A DNA stretch of 37,712 nt, from the NCBI RefSeq assembly GCF_006345805.1, contig NW_021832322.1, positions 1 to 37,712 of the forward strand, given 5' to 3'. This document shows positions 1 to 12,829 of this stretch, piece after piece. The notes beneath the pieces were generated by a model. That model made no database searches. It worked only from the letters and a program-made list of their open reading frames with translations, and was not told the origin of the DNA. The DNA is from Octopus sinensis (Eukaryota). A program made the translations under genes and the position numbers. Each line of letters starts with the position of its first letter. The first letter of the stretch is position 1.

Positions 1-110
1 GAAGAAGGAAGAGGGGAGGAAGAAGAGAAGAAGAAGAAGGGGAGGAGGAGGAGAAGCAGAAGCAGAAGAAGAAGGAGGAGGGGGGGATGATGAGAAGGAA
101 AAGGGGAAGG
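1..110. repeat. Purine-rich low-complexity tract (GAA/GGA)
   Basis: Almost only G and A, made of GAA/GGA units. Confidence 0.9.
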
Positions 111-114
111 GGGT

Positions 115-305
115 GTCATTTCAGTAACTTTTTAGGGGCATTGACAACCAAGTTTGAGAAATTAGTTGAAGAAATTCGGATTGTCACGAGGTGAGGACAC
201 GCTCCGAAAATTTCATTATTGGGAACAGTGAGGATTTCGGTGTCATAAATCGCAGAAGGAGACCCTGAGAGAACTTTTGGCAAAAGGTTGTTGCCCGCTA
301 TTATA
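115..305 (+). mobile_element. R4/Dong-like non-LTR retrotransposon, decayed extreme 3' end (C-terminus of restriction-like endonuclease domain plus short 3' UTR)
   Basis: With one frameshift and one stop it reads VISVT/LGALTTKFEKLVEEIRIVTR*GHAPKISLLGTVRISVS*. This resembles the recalled R4/Dong C-terminal pattern V.P(V/I)..GALG....FEK......I.....QK.ALLGTARIL. An (AAT)n run follows at about 368-400. Confidence 0.6.
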
Positions 306-976
306 AGATTAGCAGCGGCAAATGAAATGAAGAGCTCAAGAGAAGTGAAATAGAAACAGCAACGAGAATAATAATAATAATAGTAATAATGATAATTATA
401 AGGATACGAAGAGGAAAACGAGGAAGAAGATGAAATAGAAGTGGATGCGGAGGAGGAGGAGGAGGATGAGGAGGAAGAGGAGGATAAGGAGTGTGATGTG
501 GAGATGGAGACACAGAACTCAAATACTTAGAAATCAATTGTAGCGTTTAAAATTGCTGTATCTACGAGCCAAATATATTTTTAATACTGTCTCCGGATTA
601 TAGAGGCTGTTAAGGAAGCGTTTATATTTATATGCTGTTAAGATAACGGTGTATTAAGAATTAAGAGATTAAGAAGGATGTAGCTGCCGGGGATGAAACA
701 GAAATACAAAAAACAAGATGTTAAAATCAAACAGGAAAAAAAAAGAAGATAATATTAAACAAATTAAAGGAGAAAAAAAATCAAGAAATATAAAAAAAAA
801 GAAGTATCAAAATAATGAGAGCCTGAGAAAATACCCGAAGATTCATAAATATGATAAATGGAAATATGATGGCGTAAATGAAGCGGGTATAATTGTTTTT
901 CTTTCTGACTGTGAGAATCTTATACTTTATATAGCGACAGATTACATATATAGGTCCGTATCTTTGTCTGTCTGCC

Positions 977-1017
<41 letters not shown>

Positions 1018-1463
1018 CACACATGCACACACCTACACACACTCTCAGTTTTTTTCTGTCACACATATTCCCCCTCTCTCACTCCCTCACCTACACACAT
1101 TCATGAATCATTGCAATATTGAAATAAATATGACAGCCATTTTAGACACAAACGTACATACTGTTGTCGATTTTATTTCCTGTTGCAAATGCATATCTAG
1201 GTTGTCAGCTAAATTCATTGAGACTTCATGGGTGTGTGTGTGGGGGGTGTATATTTTGCAATATTCTTTGAGTTCACACTAAAGACACATTTTAACGTGT
1301 GTCATGCCATTTTTTTTCTTAAGCTCTATTTTTCCCTTTGAAACTATTATTTATCGTCTTTGAATTTGAATAAATTTTGCACTTTTCAGATACATGATGG
1401 ATTGTCAAGCTGAAAGAAAACGAACGATTTATCCGACAAACACACACACACACACACACACAC

Positions 1464-1513
<50 letters not shown>

Positions 1514-2484
1514 ATTATGTATGTTAAATAATCTTTGTCCTGCGAATGACAATACAAGACCGTTCCACTACAAGTGTCCTGTACAAGTGTCCATTATATA
1601 GCCGTATATTTCTCTGTAAGTAATTAGAACAATGTCGTCTATATCGGCATACGAGACTTTTGAAGGCTAACACGAAACGTAAAGCGAGTCTTGAGACGCA
1701 GAATATTCTGGATAATTCCCGATTTGTTTTATGTTAGTTACCACGTTATGGATTACTGAGTATTTCAAGCAATTAAGGAGGCATGAGGCTCATAAGCCTT
1801 AGTTGACGGGACACTCATTTAGCAATCAATTTAATTATTATGAAAACACGAAGCCTTTCACTTACGCACATTGATTATTTTCTGTTGAATAACCACGGAA
1901 ATAAAAAAGGTAGGAAATTTAACGTCGCATCAGAAGGAACAAAACAAACGTCGCAGCAAAGCAAAACGGACATAGATTTGCAGTAAACATTTAAAAGCAA
2001 ATACTGTAGAGAAGGATTTAGAAATTGTATTATAAAAGAAAGCTGCAAGTAAATGCTGAAGGGACCAGTTCAAGAAAGTAGTCCCAGATATACAAAATAG
2101 TCTGCAAAATGTGGGCTGACGTTTTCAGTGCTTAAAGATATGAATGGAACGAACATACTACTGAACGAAAACGTATGACTGGCCATATAGCGTGCAAGTG
2201 TATTAAACGGGAAAACCAACGTCCTATACATATACATACATGCATACATACATACATACTACAACCTACATACATACATACATGCATACATGGTCTTCCC
2301 ATTTTGTATAGCAAATGGCAGAAATTGTTTCGTAGTCCACGGATATTTAGATGAGCCAATACGAGTTCCACCGAATGTTGATGGAAAGAAATTTTAGGGA
2401 CATTCACACACACATACACGCATTCCCCTATCTATATACGCATAGATAAGCTTATATATAAGCAGAATATATATGTGTGTGTGT

Positions 2485-2552
<68 letters not shown>

Positions 2553-3529
2553 TATTGCCATTTGCTCTATATATTGGTATATATATTTATCTGTTGCCTA
2601 TAAGTTGTTATTATCTCTGCAACAGCAGCTAAACTGCATAGGAGTAAATATTTAGCTAGCTTCCAAAGTAACGACTCAATAATCACACACGAAAACGCAT
2701 ACTCATAGGTACAAAGACGCACAACGACACGTATATATAAGTATATTTACTTACACACAGACACACACAAGCACACACACACGCACACACCAGGTTTATG
2801 TTTGTGTATATAGACTATGACGGCAGAGACACGCCCCAGATGCTGTCCCCCGATTGCTACGAAGTTGCTATTTTTAAAGATAGGAAGCGCCTACCTCTGT
2901 GTGGAATTTGTTTTGTATTTCATCAATGCCAGTAATATCAAATGTTGCTTTGAAACCACTGATTTAAATGTAAACACCGATGAGAAACGTGAACATAAAT
3001 GAAGGCACCTAATTGTAGCAAGACAATTTATTTGATTTCTGGTGATTCCAAAGTTCTGAAATCCTGAAACCAATTCAGTAAGCCAAGAAGTATATTTAAA
3101 CTAACCTGATAAATAAATAAAAAGTCAACGTCATTTCTTGCATTATTTGTATATATGATATTTGTAACGTACAAAGCAACACCACAAACTACTGGAAGAC
3201 ATTTTTACCTTAGCATTCTTCTGAATCTTTCACGCAAACAACATACTTATTGATGGTCAAGGATTGTAAGTCAAAACCCAACACACAAACAAACAAAAAA
3301 CAAGAAAAAAAAACAATGAAACAAAAAAAATTGCCTAAACGCCACGACATAACTATCAAAGCAAAAATCTTCTCCACCAAACAGATATAAGCTGCCTACC
3401 AATTCATTCTTCTGATATTTGCAGGTCGCTAGAAGGAAAAACCAAAATCGATAATTCTGGCAGCAATTACATTTCATGCAATGATAAAATTCTGTTTTCA
3501 GCCAACATAGCATTAGTCTAATCTAGATC

Positions 3530-3667
3530 TATGTATATATATAGATATATATATATATATATATTATATATATAATATAATATATATATATAGAGACACA
3601 CGCACACGCACCACACACACACACATATAATATATATATGTAATCATATATGTATATTAAATAATAG

Positions 3668-3698
<31 letters not shown>

Positions 3699-3729
3699 TA
3701 TCTATTTATATATACATATATGGACTTAC

Positions 3730-3785
<56 letters not shown>

Positions 3786-4083
3786 TATATATATTGTGTG
3801 TGTGTGTGTGTGTGTGCTGTGTCTCTATACATACAGACATATATACTTATGTCTGTGTGTGTGTGGTGTGTGTGTGTCTGCATAACAAGTTATTTTTTTG
3901 TGCTTGACTTTAATTTTTTACTTTTATTTTTATCCGCGCGAGACAGGACATCTTTTCGGAGCCATTTTGTCTTCGAGCTATACAATATTTTATCGTCTGG
4001 CAACACACAACCATAAATTCACGCAAATATATATATATTATATATATATATAGATATATATATATACATACATATATATATAT

Positions 4084-4134
<51 letters not shown>

Positions 4135-4411
4135 TACATATAACATATATATATATAGGTGTGTGGAATGTGTATGCGTGTATATATATATATATATTAT
4201 AATACACATATATATATGTATATTCAAACAAGCACACATTTACACACACATATATAGGATGTGTGTGTGTGTGCGCGTTTGTCGTTGTTTTCCGTGCACT
4301 TCTTTTTTGTAAGTAATACATATTTAAGTATAATATGCATACAAAATATGTAACTACTTTGCATGTCTGTAATTATATTCAAAAAATTATATTTATAAAT
4401 ACATACATACT

Positions 4412-4454
<43 letters not shown>

Positions 4455-4507
4455 TTATATATACATTTAAATATAGATATTATATATATATATATATATA
4501 TATATAC

Positions 4508-4545
<38 letters not shown>

Positions 4546-4706
4546 ACACATATACATATATATATATATACTTATATATATATTATGTATGATATATATC
4601 TATCTATATATATGTATAATATATATATATATCTTGATATATATAATGTGCATATACATTTATGTGTATATATATATGCATACCTATATCTCTCTATATA
4701 TACCCA

Positions 4707-4795
<89 letters not shown>

Positions 4796-4998
4796 GTTTG
4801 TCTCTCTATATATATGTTTGCGTGTGTGTGTGCGTGTATGTACACATAAGATTTATGCGTTTTAGTAACGATATATCACTTCTCCTCTCCTTTTACATCT
4901 ATACATCCCCACCCTCACAACACACAGACACACACACACTGTCGCACCACACTCACACGTGTATATATATATAGTATGTATATATATGTATATATATA

Positions 4999-5037
<39 letters not shown>

Positions 5038-5120
5038 GTATATATATATATTATATATTATATATGTAGAATATATGTATATATAATATATATATATATA
5101 TATTATATATATGTGTGTGT
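3530..5120. repeat. Compound microsatellite field (TA)n/(CA)n/(TG)n with (TATC)n at about 4708-4795
   Basis: Directly visible. It explains the YI/IY-rich ORFs in this interval. Confidence 0.95.
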
Positions 5121-5654
5121 TGTGTGTAATTATGTGCACATATACGGAGAAAATGAGAGTGAGAGAGACTTCTCGTCGCTTTATGATCACTTGTTACGAT
5201 GTTAATTACTTCGCAAGAAGCCATTTACCGCTGATGTTTTCTCTGTGTTCCAATCTCTGTGCATTTAAATATAAACAATGGCGACGTTTTATGACAGTCT
5301 TTGCCCCTCCCTCGCATCGTACGATATATTGCTGTTGTTTATCTCCAAATCGTATAGGATTATAGGCGTTCTAGCCACGACCATTCGTCCACCATCGTTC
5401 CAGGCATGTGTATCTGCAATCATATCATTTTATATTTTTGGTTGTTATCCTTATAAAGCAGCTAGCGTTTGATTTAACTGTGGTTTGACTGCTATTTTTA
5501 GCAGATATTCATGAGTACACATCACGCAGACGAAGCTGTTCTTACTTCGTGTATGTTCTTCAGTCACTATATTGTATTTTTCACAGCCATCGTTGGATGA
5601 ACGCATGGAAGCAACCTGTGTATAATTTATAGATTATATGCAAGCATATTATCA

Positions 5655-5921
5655 GCCTGGACAAGAATAGAAACCGCTCTGTAAGAAGTTCATCACATCT
5701 CACCTGGAAGGCTTAGCTTTTTCTATCCAAGAACAGCAGGCAGTTACTAAATACTTAATTAAAAAAATAGATAACGATACCTCAAAACCATGGCTCTGTG
5801 ATCTATCAGAAACCAGCAAGGAAGATTTCACTCTCGAAGTACTCTCGAAGAATTGTCCACAAGATACAATCTTCTCATGAAGCATGAAGTTGATGCTGAG
5901 ACAGTCTTCAATGCATTTTAC
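5655..5921 (+). mobile_element. R4/Dong-like non-LTR retrotransposon remnant (region after RT, around the zinc-knuckle)
   Basis: From 5689 it reads FITSHLEGLAFSIQEQQAVTKYLIKKIDND...LCDLSETSKEDF, then after a frameshift LSTRYNLLMKHEVDAETVFNAF. This resembles recalled R4/Dong motifs TSHFEGY..AIQEQEI.TKYL and MS.RYYLP.RHD.VAK. The cysteines are largely lost. Confidence 0.6.
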
Positions 5922-5980
5922 ACGGATCATATTCATACTATAGGTACATAGCCTGGGCCTTTTTTGAGAGTAAGAGGCTG

Positions 5981-6066
5981 GACAATTAAATCGATGCCAG
6001 TACTCAATAGGTATTTATTACATCGATCCTGAAAGAATGAAAAGCAAAACGAAACTCAGAGGGAAA
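5981..6066 (-). mobile_element. Old fragment of tRNA-derived SINE family 1 (central core)
   Basis: Degenerate match to the core of the copies at 8097 and 10959 (atcga..ccagt..actggtac...atcga.cc.gaaag.atgaaa.gcaaa). Confidence 0.6.
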
Positions 6067-6548
6067 ATATATCCAATGACTGCTCGACAATTAAAATTTG
6101 GATGAAGTGAAATTCATTTTATTATCTTGAATTAAAAATATATGCGTACAATTCTACAATTTATAATTGAAAAATTAATAACAACTGCATAAACTCATCT
6201 AAAACGTTCCCTGTAATTATCCATGAAGAAGTGTCATACAAATGGCTTATCTAAGCATACGTATAATATTATATGTGTGTGTGTATATATATGTATATGT
6301 ATATATATATACATACATATATACATATACATACATATATATATGTATACATATGTATATATATATATATATATATACATACACATATACGTATACATAT
6401 ATATATATGTATGTAAGTATGTATGTATATATATATATATATATATATGTATCTAATATATATTATATCCATAATCTATCTATCTATCTATATATAATGA
6501 TATATATTATATATATATATTATATATATATATATATATAATATATAT

Positions 6549-6581
<33 letters not shown>

Positions 6582-6965
6582 CTGTGATTGTGTGCGTGAG
6601 TTTTAGCTAAGTTATAATATGACCCGTAGCAGTTTTATAGCAAACGTATAATTGATAATAATTGATGATAAATGTATTATATACGGCGAAAATGTATCCT
6701 AGTTCTTCCTCACAAACACTACATTCTAACAAGAGAAATATCGCCCTCCGAGCAATTTCTCGTACGCCCTGAAGCTTCTCTGCCTGCAGAACCACAAACG
6801 CAAGAGCTGGAAATCCTATATTGGTTGGGAACACGCAGGAGCCAAACAAATTAAGTAGGAAAGAATTCCGCGAAGTGGCCACACTAGAAGCAGTATTCGG
6901 TTATACATGTTGAGGATTTGGCCGAGGGATAATGACATAATGACTTCACTTTCTTAGAGATATTC

Positions 6966-6996
<31 letters not shown>

Positions 6997-6998
6997 TA

Positions 6999-7146
6999 CC
7001 GGAGTAAACACATAAATGTGAAACAAGGTGGAAAAAAAGGACTCAAATACCAGTGGTAGAGTAATATGCTTTTTTTAAAGCAGCAGAAAATTCAACAAAA
7101 CCTGTTACTCTGAGTTTCACGTTCCCGTTCGTCGCAGAGTTTTGGC
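6999..7146 (-). mobile_element. Short repeat family B, copy 1 (putative Penelope-like or retrozyme-like element) with hammerhead-like motif
   Basis: Near-identical to 25499-25645 over about 147 bp. Flanked on both sides by (TA)n. Confidence 0.75.
7096..7144 (-). ncRNA. Minimal type I hammerhead ribozyme-like motif (family B), C3 changed to G in this copy
   Basis: Minus strand: CAAAACUCU GCGACGA ACG-GGAA-CGU GAAA CUC-A-GAG UA ACAG G UUUUG. Stems I, II and III can be drawn around a GUA triplet. Confidence 0.55.
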
Positions 7147-7174
7147 TATATATATATATAGAGAGAGAGAGGGA

Positions 7175-7186
7175 GATATAGATAGG

Positions 7187-7259
<73 letters not shown>
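7175..7259. repeat. (GATA)n microsatellite
   Basis: Directly visible. Confidence 0.95.
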
Positions 7260-8096
7260 GTGTGTATTTTTGCCTTGTTAACATTCACCAGAAAAAAATA
7301 GATAAATTGTTACCAGGGTAGCAAAAACTCACACAAGTAAAGAGGTTGTAACTTCTTGTTTTTAAAGGTAGAAACTTCGAGTTAAACTCCATTTATTTAT
7401 CTCTATCTCTCTCTCTCTCTGTCTATATATATATATAATATAATATATATATATATATATATAATATATATATGTATGTATGTATGTATGATGTATGTAT
7501 GTATATATATACGCACACACAGAGACAAGCATACACACGCACATACATATACATACATAAATACAGTTTAGGGTCCCATTAGAAGTAGGATCAGCTAGAA
7601 ACATTCTCCTGTAAATGATCCATTTAATATACAAAACAAACTGAAACAGCTGTTAAAAGGGTTCATGTTTTAGCTACATTGTCTTGTGAGATTTATATAA
7701 TATCCGCTCCCAATCCAGCGTCCTGGCCTTTAAAACCATCTCGTATGTGATTGTTCGCGCGTGGTGTGCGTTTCTGTCGATGTGCGTATGCATATCTACT
7801 AGAAACAGCCGTAGTGTCCTTTTATGCAAGAAACAAAAGAAAACTCAGTACAAATAATGCAGCTGATCTATAGATGAATCCAATAATGCCAGCCACTCCT
7901 TCCACCACAACACCCACTGGCTCTCTGTAAATTTTACAGGGTTCTGATGAATAGGATAAATATCATCGAATCTTTCACTTGAACAAGGATGTGTCTAACT
8001 ACGCCTTGTTATGGCGAACGTGGATCCTTTTCAAATCTTTCTTCAGTCGGTCGCTCCTCGTGGCTTTTGTAAATCATCTGCGCCACTCAATGTACC

Positions 8097-8325
8097 TATT
8101 TCTTTATTACCCACAAGGGGCTAAACACAGAGGGGACAAACAAGGACAGACATAGGTATTAATTCGATTACATCGACCCCAGTGCGTAACTGGTACTTAA
8201 TTTATCGACCCCGAAAGGATGAAAGGCAAAGTCGACCTCAGCGGAATTTGAACTCACAACGTTGCGCCAGATGAAATACCGCTAAGCATTTCGCCCGGCA
8301 CGCTAACGTTTCTGCCAGCTCGCCA
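8097..8325 (-). mobile_element. Full-length tRNA-derived SINE, family 1 (Octopus-type, with Nin/Deu-like central core)
   Basis: Minus strand has an A-box-like TGGCAGAAACGTTAG, a B-box-like GAGTTCAAATTCC and the core GTCGACTTTGCCTTTCATCCTTTCGGGGTCGATAAA. It is highly similar to 10959-11193. The flanking direct repeat cgccactcaa(tg/ca)tacc lies at 8081-8096 and 8321-8336. Confidence 0.9.
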
Positions 8326-8329
8326 CTCA

Positions 8330-8930
8330 ACATACCGTTCGCTGTTCCACAGTACAACCAACTTTCCCGAAATTAAGAAGAATGCCGTAATTCTTAACCC
8401 CAGACTACAGTCACAATGGTATACTTTATTATTTACTGGTTCTCAAAATTTTAGTCCTTGGAGAAGAGTTGTTACTCTTTTCCATCGACTGAGACGTCGA
8501 TTCCGGATCATAATCATGCGATCGCTTTTCATCCGCTATCACCAAATCAGAAAATACATTCGTAGGCTCCAATCACTTCCTTCATCCAAAGCGACAACTG
8601 ACAAGATTACTCGGTTACAAATTTCGATACTTAAAGTCTTCCACCATCTTCTGTAAAGCATTCTAACCTTTGACAAGCGGTGGGAACTCATGGGTTGTGG
8701 CTTGTCTGTCGTGCACATCAATTTGTCAACACGCTGGCGATTCAGATCAGTTTTATCATCGTTGTCTCCCGACGAGGAGTTATTAATCAACATTGCTCTT
8801 GTCAAAGATGCAATTTATAAAAAGCAATCACTGGTCAATGTCGGGCAGCCTGCTCCCTACCTTCGCCAAACACTCAATGAAGATATGTTACAGATGCTTG
8901 CCTCCCATTACATGTCTGCAGCGAAGAACA
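8330..8930 (-). pseudogene. Heavily decayed mariner-family transposase (remnant 1)
   Basis: Frameshifted minus-strand segments occur in mariner order: GRQASVTYLH*VFGE, KTDLNRQRVDKLM/DRQATTHE, VSKFVT, DLVIADEKRSHDYDPESTSQSMEKSNNSSPRTK (cf. VITGDETW.H.YDPESK.QSMEW....SPRPK), VTVVW, GILLNF..VGCTV, NSERYV. A possible continuation (LKKDLKRIHVR) lies at about 8015-8050, beyond the SINE. Confidence 0.65.
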
Positions 8931-9107
8931 GGAAGAAAAATAAACGTATGCAATTTGTGTGACGCACGTCAGCAAAACCTTGTCTACGGCTGCCATACTT
9001 TCGGCAGAATCCCTGTACGTTTGTGCGAGTATGTAATGCGCCCTGTGGTGTGTGTGGGTTGTGCTTGGCATAAGGTTGTGTGAGGTGTTTACGCATGTGT
9101 GTATATC

Positions 9108-9164
<57 letters not shown>

Positions 9165-9189
9165 GTATATTTATACAAGTATGCATATG

Positions 9190-9249
9190 ATTTTGATTTT
9201 GATTTTTCCAGTTTCAGCTAATGAGCTGTGGCCATGCTGGGGCACCGCC
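9190..9249 (-). mobile_element. 5'-truncated LINE/SINE 3' tail
   Basis: Minus strand: GGCGGTGCCCCAGCATGGCCA CAGCT-CATT-AGCTG AAAC followed by a short (AAAATC)n tail. Homologous to the LINE end at 25691-25730. Confidence 0.7.
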
Positions 9250-9417
9250 ATTGTATATATCGTATATATATTATATATGCATATATATGTGTATATATAT
9301 ATCTGTGTATCTATCTATCTCTCTCTCTCTATATATATATACATATATATATGTATGTATATTTATACAAGTATGTATATATATGTATATATATATATAT
9401 GTGTGTATCTACCTATC

Positions 9418-9456
<39 letters not shown>

Positions 9457-9704
9457 CATATATATATATATACAGTGAGAGAGAGTATGTGTTTGTCAGT
9501 GTGTGTGTATATATATATATATGTTTGTGTGTGTAGGTGTGTGTCCGTCTCTTCATAATGTGATTTTAATTCTGTTTAACACTTCTTCGACTAAATGCAC
9601 ATTAGCTGCAAACACATTAACTGCCGGAGACATTCCACTGAATCCTAATTTCCAAATCGAACGAATCGAAATTCCATCGTCTACATTGCTATCAGCACTG
9701 TCGT

Positions 9705-9813
9705 AATAATAATTAATGATGATGATGATGATGATGATAACGATAATAATAACAATAATAATGACAATAATGATAATAATAATTATAATAAAATAATAAT
9801 AATGATAATAATG

Positions 9814-9852
<39 letters not shown>

Positions 9853-9862
9853 GTAATGATAA

Positions 9863-9896
<34 letters not shown>

Positions 9897-10151
9897 GATA
9901 ATAATAATAATGATAATAATAATAATAATAATAATGAATGAAGATGATGATGATAATAATCAATAATAATAATAATAATATAATAATAATAATAATAATG
10001 ATGATATAATAATAATAATAATAATTAATAATAATAATAATATCAATAATAATAATAATATAATAATAATAATAATGATAATAATAATAATAATATAATA
10101 ATAATAATAGTAATAATAATAATAATAATAAAAATATTAATGGTGATGATT

Positions 10152-10183
<32 letters not shown>

Positions 10184-10259
10184 GGTGATGATGATGATGG
10201 TAGTGGTGGTGGTGGCAGTGGTGTTGATGATGATGACGATTATGCTGATGATGATGATA

Positions 10260-10318
<59 letters not shown>

Positions 10319-10500
10319 TGTTGTGTAGTGGTGGTTGTGATGATGATGTTGATGATGATGGTGATGATGATGATGATGATGATGTGATGCTGGTGGTGGC
10401 GGTGGTGATAGTGGTCGTGGTGACGATGATGATGATGATGATGATGATGTTGATAACGACGATGATAGCAATAATGAGATTCACTATTATTATTATTAAT
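9705..10500. repeat. About 800-bp compound trinucleotide array: (AAT)n grading into (GAT)n/(GGT)n
   Basis: Directly visible. It produces the poly-I, poly-H, poly-M and poly-D ORFs. Confidence 0.95.
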
Positions 10501-10811
10501 TTCGTTAAATATTTAGTTTCTTTTTCCCCGATTTAATGTGGTTATTCCTTTAATGAATTAATGAATTAATGAATGAAAATTCCCTTCTCTGTCTCCCTTT
10601 TGCTTTGGCCAAATGCAACTTCGACTCTTTTGAGAAATTTGGTAAATGCAGAATGGCAAACTGCTTCTGCAATTGAAACACTTTTCTCATTAAATCTGTG
10701 AGCATCCGAGCTTCATCTGTTTGCTTCCCACATCCTTCTCCTCGCGTCTCTGATCAACAAAGAAACTACGACCATCGACAAACTGTAAGGTTTGGAATAC
10801 CATAATCAGCA

Positions 10812-10932
10812 AGGCCAGCAGCACAACTGAGGGTCTAAGTCTATAACATCGACCCCAGTGCATAACTGGTACTTATTTTATCGACGCCGAAAGGATGGAA
10901 GGCAGAGTAGACCGCAACAAAATTTGAACTCA
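10812..10932 (-). mobile_element. Older partial SINE family 1 copy
   Basis: catcgaccccagtgcataactggtacttattttatcgacgccgaaaggatggaaggcagagtagacc...aatttgaactca matches the family 1 core and B-box. Confidence 0.8.
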
Positions 10933-10958
10933 TATTGGAATTTAAAAAACGGAGAAAT

Positions 10959-11193
10959 ATCTATTCTTTAGTACCCACAAGGGGCTAAACACAGAGGGGA
11001 CAAACAAGGACAGACAAACGGATTAAGTCGATTATATAGACCCCAGTGCGTAACTGGTACTTAATTTATCACCCCCGAAAGGATGAAAGGCAAAGTCGAC
11101 CTCGGCCGAATTTGAACTCAGAAGGTAACGGCAGACGAAATACCGCTAAGCATTTCGCCCGGTGTGCTAACGTTTCTGCGAGCTCGCCGCCTT
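10959..11193 (-). mobile_element. Full-length tRNA-derived SINE, family 1
   Basis: Highly similar along its length to 8097-8325, with the same A/B-box-like head and core. Confidence 0.9.
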
Positions 11194-11239
11194 ATAAACA
11201 TTAGTATTAAAACTCCCGCTGAACTGGCCGAATCGTCGT

Positions 11240-11310
11240 TGCCTCTCATCCTTTGGGGATCAATAAAATAAGTACCAGTTAAACACTGGGTTCGATGTAA
11301 TCAACTGGGG
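11240..11310 (+). mobile_element. SINE family 1 core fragment
   Basis: ctctcatcctttggggatcaataaaataagtaccagttaaacactgggttcgatgtaatc matches the core in forward orientation. Confidence 0.7.
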
Positions 11311-12829
11311 CCTTAACCCTCGTACACCGGCGGTGGGACGCCAAGGGAATCAAAACACATACTTTCTATGCTACGGATGTGTGACAAAAGAAGGAATGTG
11401 CGTCTTGGGAAAGATTTAGGGAACTTCCCCCCTCAACCAGTTGCATATTTCAGCTGTTTGATGAAGCTGTCATAAATTAGCCTAGCTTATAAGTGTTTTA
11501 TCTAATTTGCATACTTCTCCTTTTACAGGTTCTGCATTAATTAAAGAATCTATTTTATGCAAGCCATTTTGTACAAAGAACAGATTTCGTTTAATTACTG
11601 GCGTTATCAACCACATTTTCATCTTAGCAGCTTAGATGTCGGACCTCATCTTTTGTTCATTCGCACATAGATACTCACATATGCATACATGCATACATAC
11701 ACACATAAACATACATGTCTATATATGTGCGTGTGTGTGTATGAGTGTGTGTGTGTCTGTGCGTGTACTTTGACATTTATCACATAGGAACACCGTATCA
11801 AAATACAGAGGATACGATCTCAAAGTTGTCGTAGAGAGAAGATAAGCGTTAATGCAGTGTAATAGGTTAGTGAATCGTCCATTAGCAAACAGCTTCACCT
11901 CGAATTCGTATCTTATCTCAATCTATATAGCCATCTTTAAAAGTATAAAAGTATGGTGGAGAAAATAGATCAATGCGTGTGAACTGAAACAGCTACACGT
12001 GAAACTGTTCCGTAATGGACGGATACTTAATGAGTTATTCGGAGTGTGCATATACATGTAGAATCATACACACACATATACACACATTAAGACACACATA
12101 AACGCACACGTGTGTGTGTGTGTTTGTGTGTTTGTGTGGTGTGTGCACGTATTTAGAGAGAAATAGAAAAGCGCGAAGGCAAGAATGACTGAATGAGTTT
12201 GCTTTCTTCTACCTACTCTTAGTTCCTTATTCTCCAACTCTTCCTTTGCTCTCTCCTTCTACTAACAAGTCCTAGATATTTCTAACTATTTCTATTTTCA
12301 GCAAAATCGAACATTATCATTTCTACTACTTCACTCGAAATATCAATCACTGGTTAAAAAAAAAAGAAAAATTTCGGAAAAATAAAATAAAATTCTTGCT
12401 CGATATTAAAATGTTTTAAGTCATATTTTTGAAAAGAGAAATATGGAAAACTAAAAACGCAAACCAAAAAACGGAATGAAAACACTCAGGAAAACGAAGA
12501 AAATGAAAAAAAAAATTTAGGTTTGTAGTAGTAATGATGTTAATAATACTTGTTAATTAATTAGAAATGCTCACGCGAAAGCTATTTCAGTAAAACAGCT
12601 GTTACTATATATAACCTCATCTGACGTCTTTAAACCGTAATAACACCACCGTTTCATATTTTAGGCAAAACAAGAGGATTCTGTTGTATCATTGGAATTC
12701 GGTTTTCGTTCTTCCGTTCTCTGTCTTTCTCTCCTTCATCTTCTCTCTCAGTCTCTTGGTTGACAAGGAATGGTATTCGATCTTCATTAGTAAGATTCGT
12801 TGCTTTCAGTAAGTGTGAAAGGTATGAGA

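Noticed and set aside
301-1122. ORFs 301-537, 718-1122 and 781-1032
   Set aside because: They are dominated by GGA/AAT, poly-A and (CT)n translation, with no domain-like sequence.
1655-1690. TTGAAGG...GAAACGTA hammerhead-like string
   Set aside because: There is no stem II pairing, A9 is missing and stem I is only 3 bp.
2977-2995. CCGATGA directly followed by GAAACGT
   Set aside because: There is no stem II and the position 17 base is G, so it is compatible with chance.
8270-8325. tRNA-like A/B-box sequences as genuine tRNA genes (also 11105-11193, 27901-27980, 36401-36460)
   Set aside because: No cloverleaf can be drawn, and they run directly into SINE bodies.
8690-9083. Plus-strand ORFs with a piggyBac-like look (LINIALVKDAIYKK and Cys-rich tail)
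   Set aside because: The minus strand gives a longer, correctly ordered series of mariner motifs over the same bases. The Cys-rich tail partly comes from TG repeats.
11315-11345. TTAA-CCCT piggyBac-like terminus (similar strings near 8395, 29511 and 37484)
   Set aside because: No matching opposite terminus or transposase was found, and such short motifs are expected by chance.
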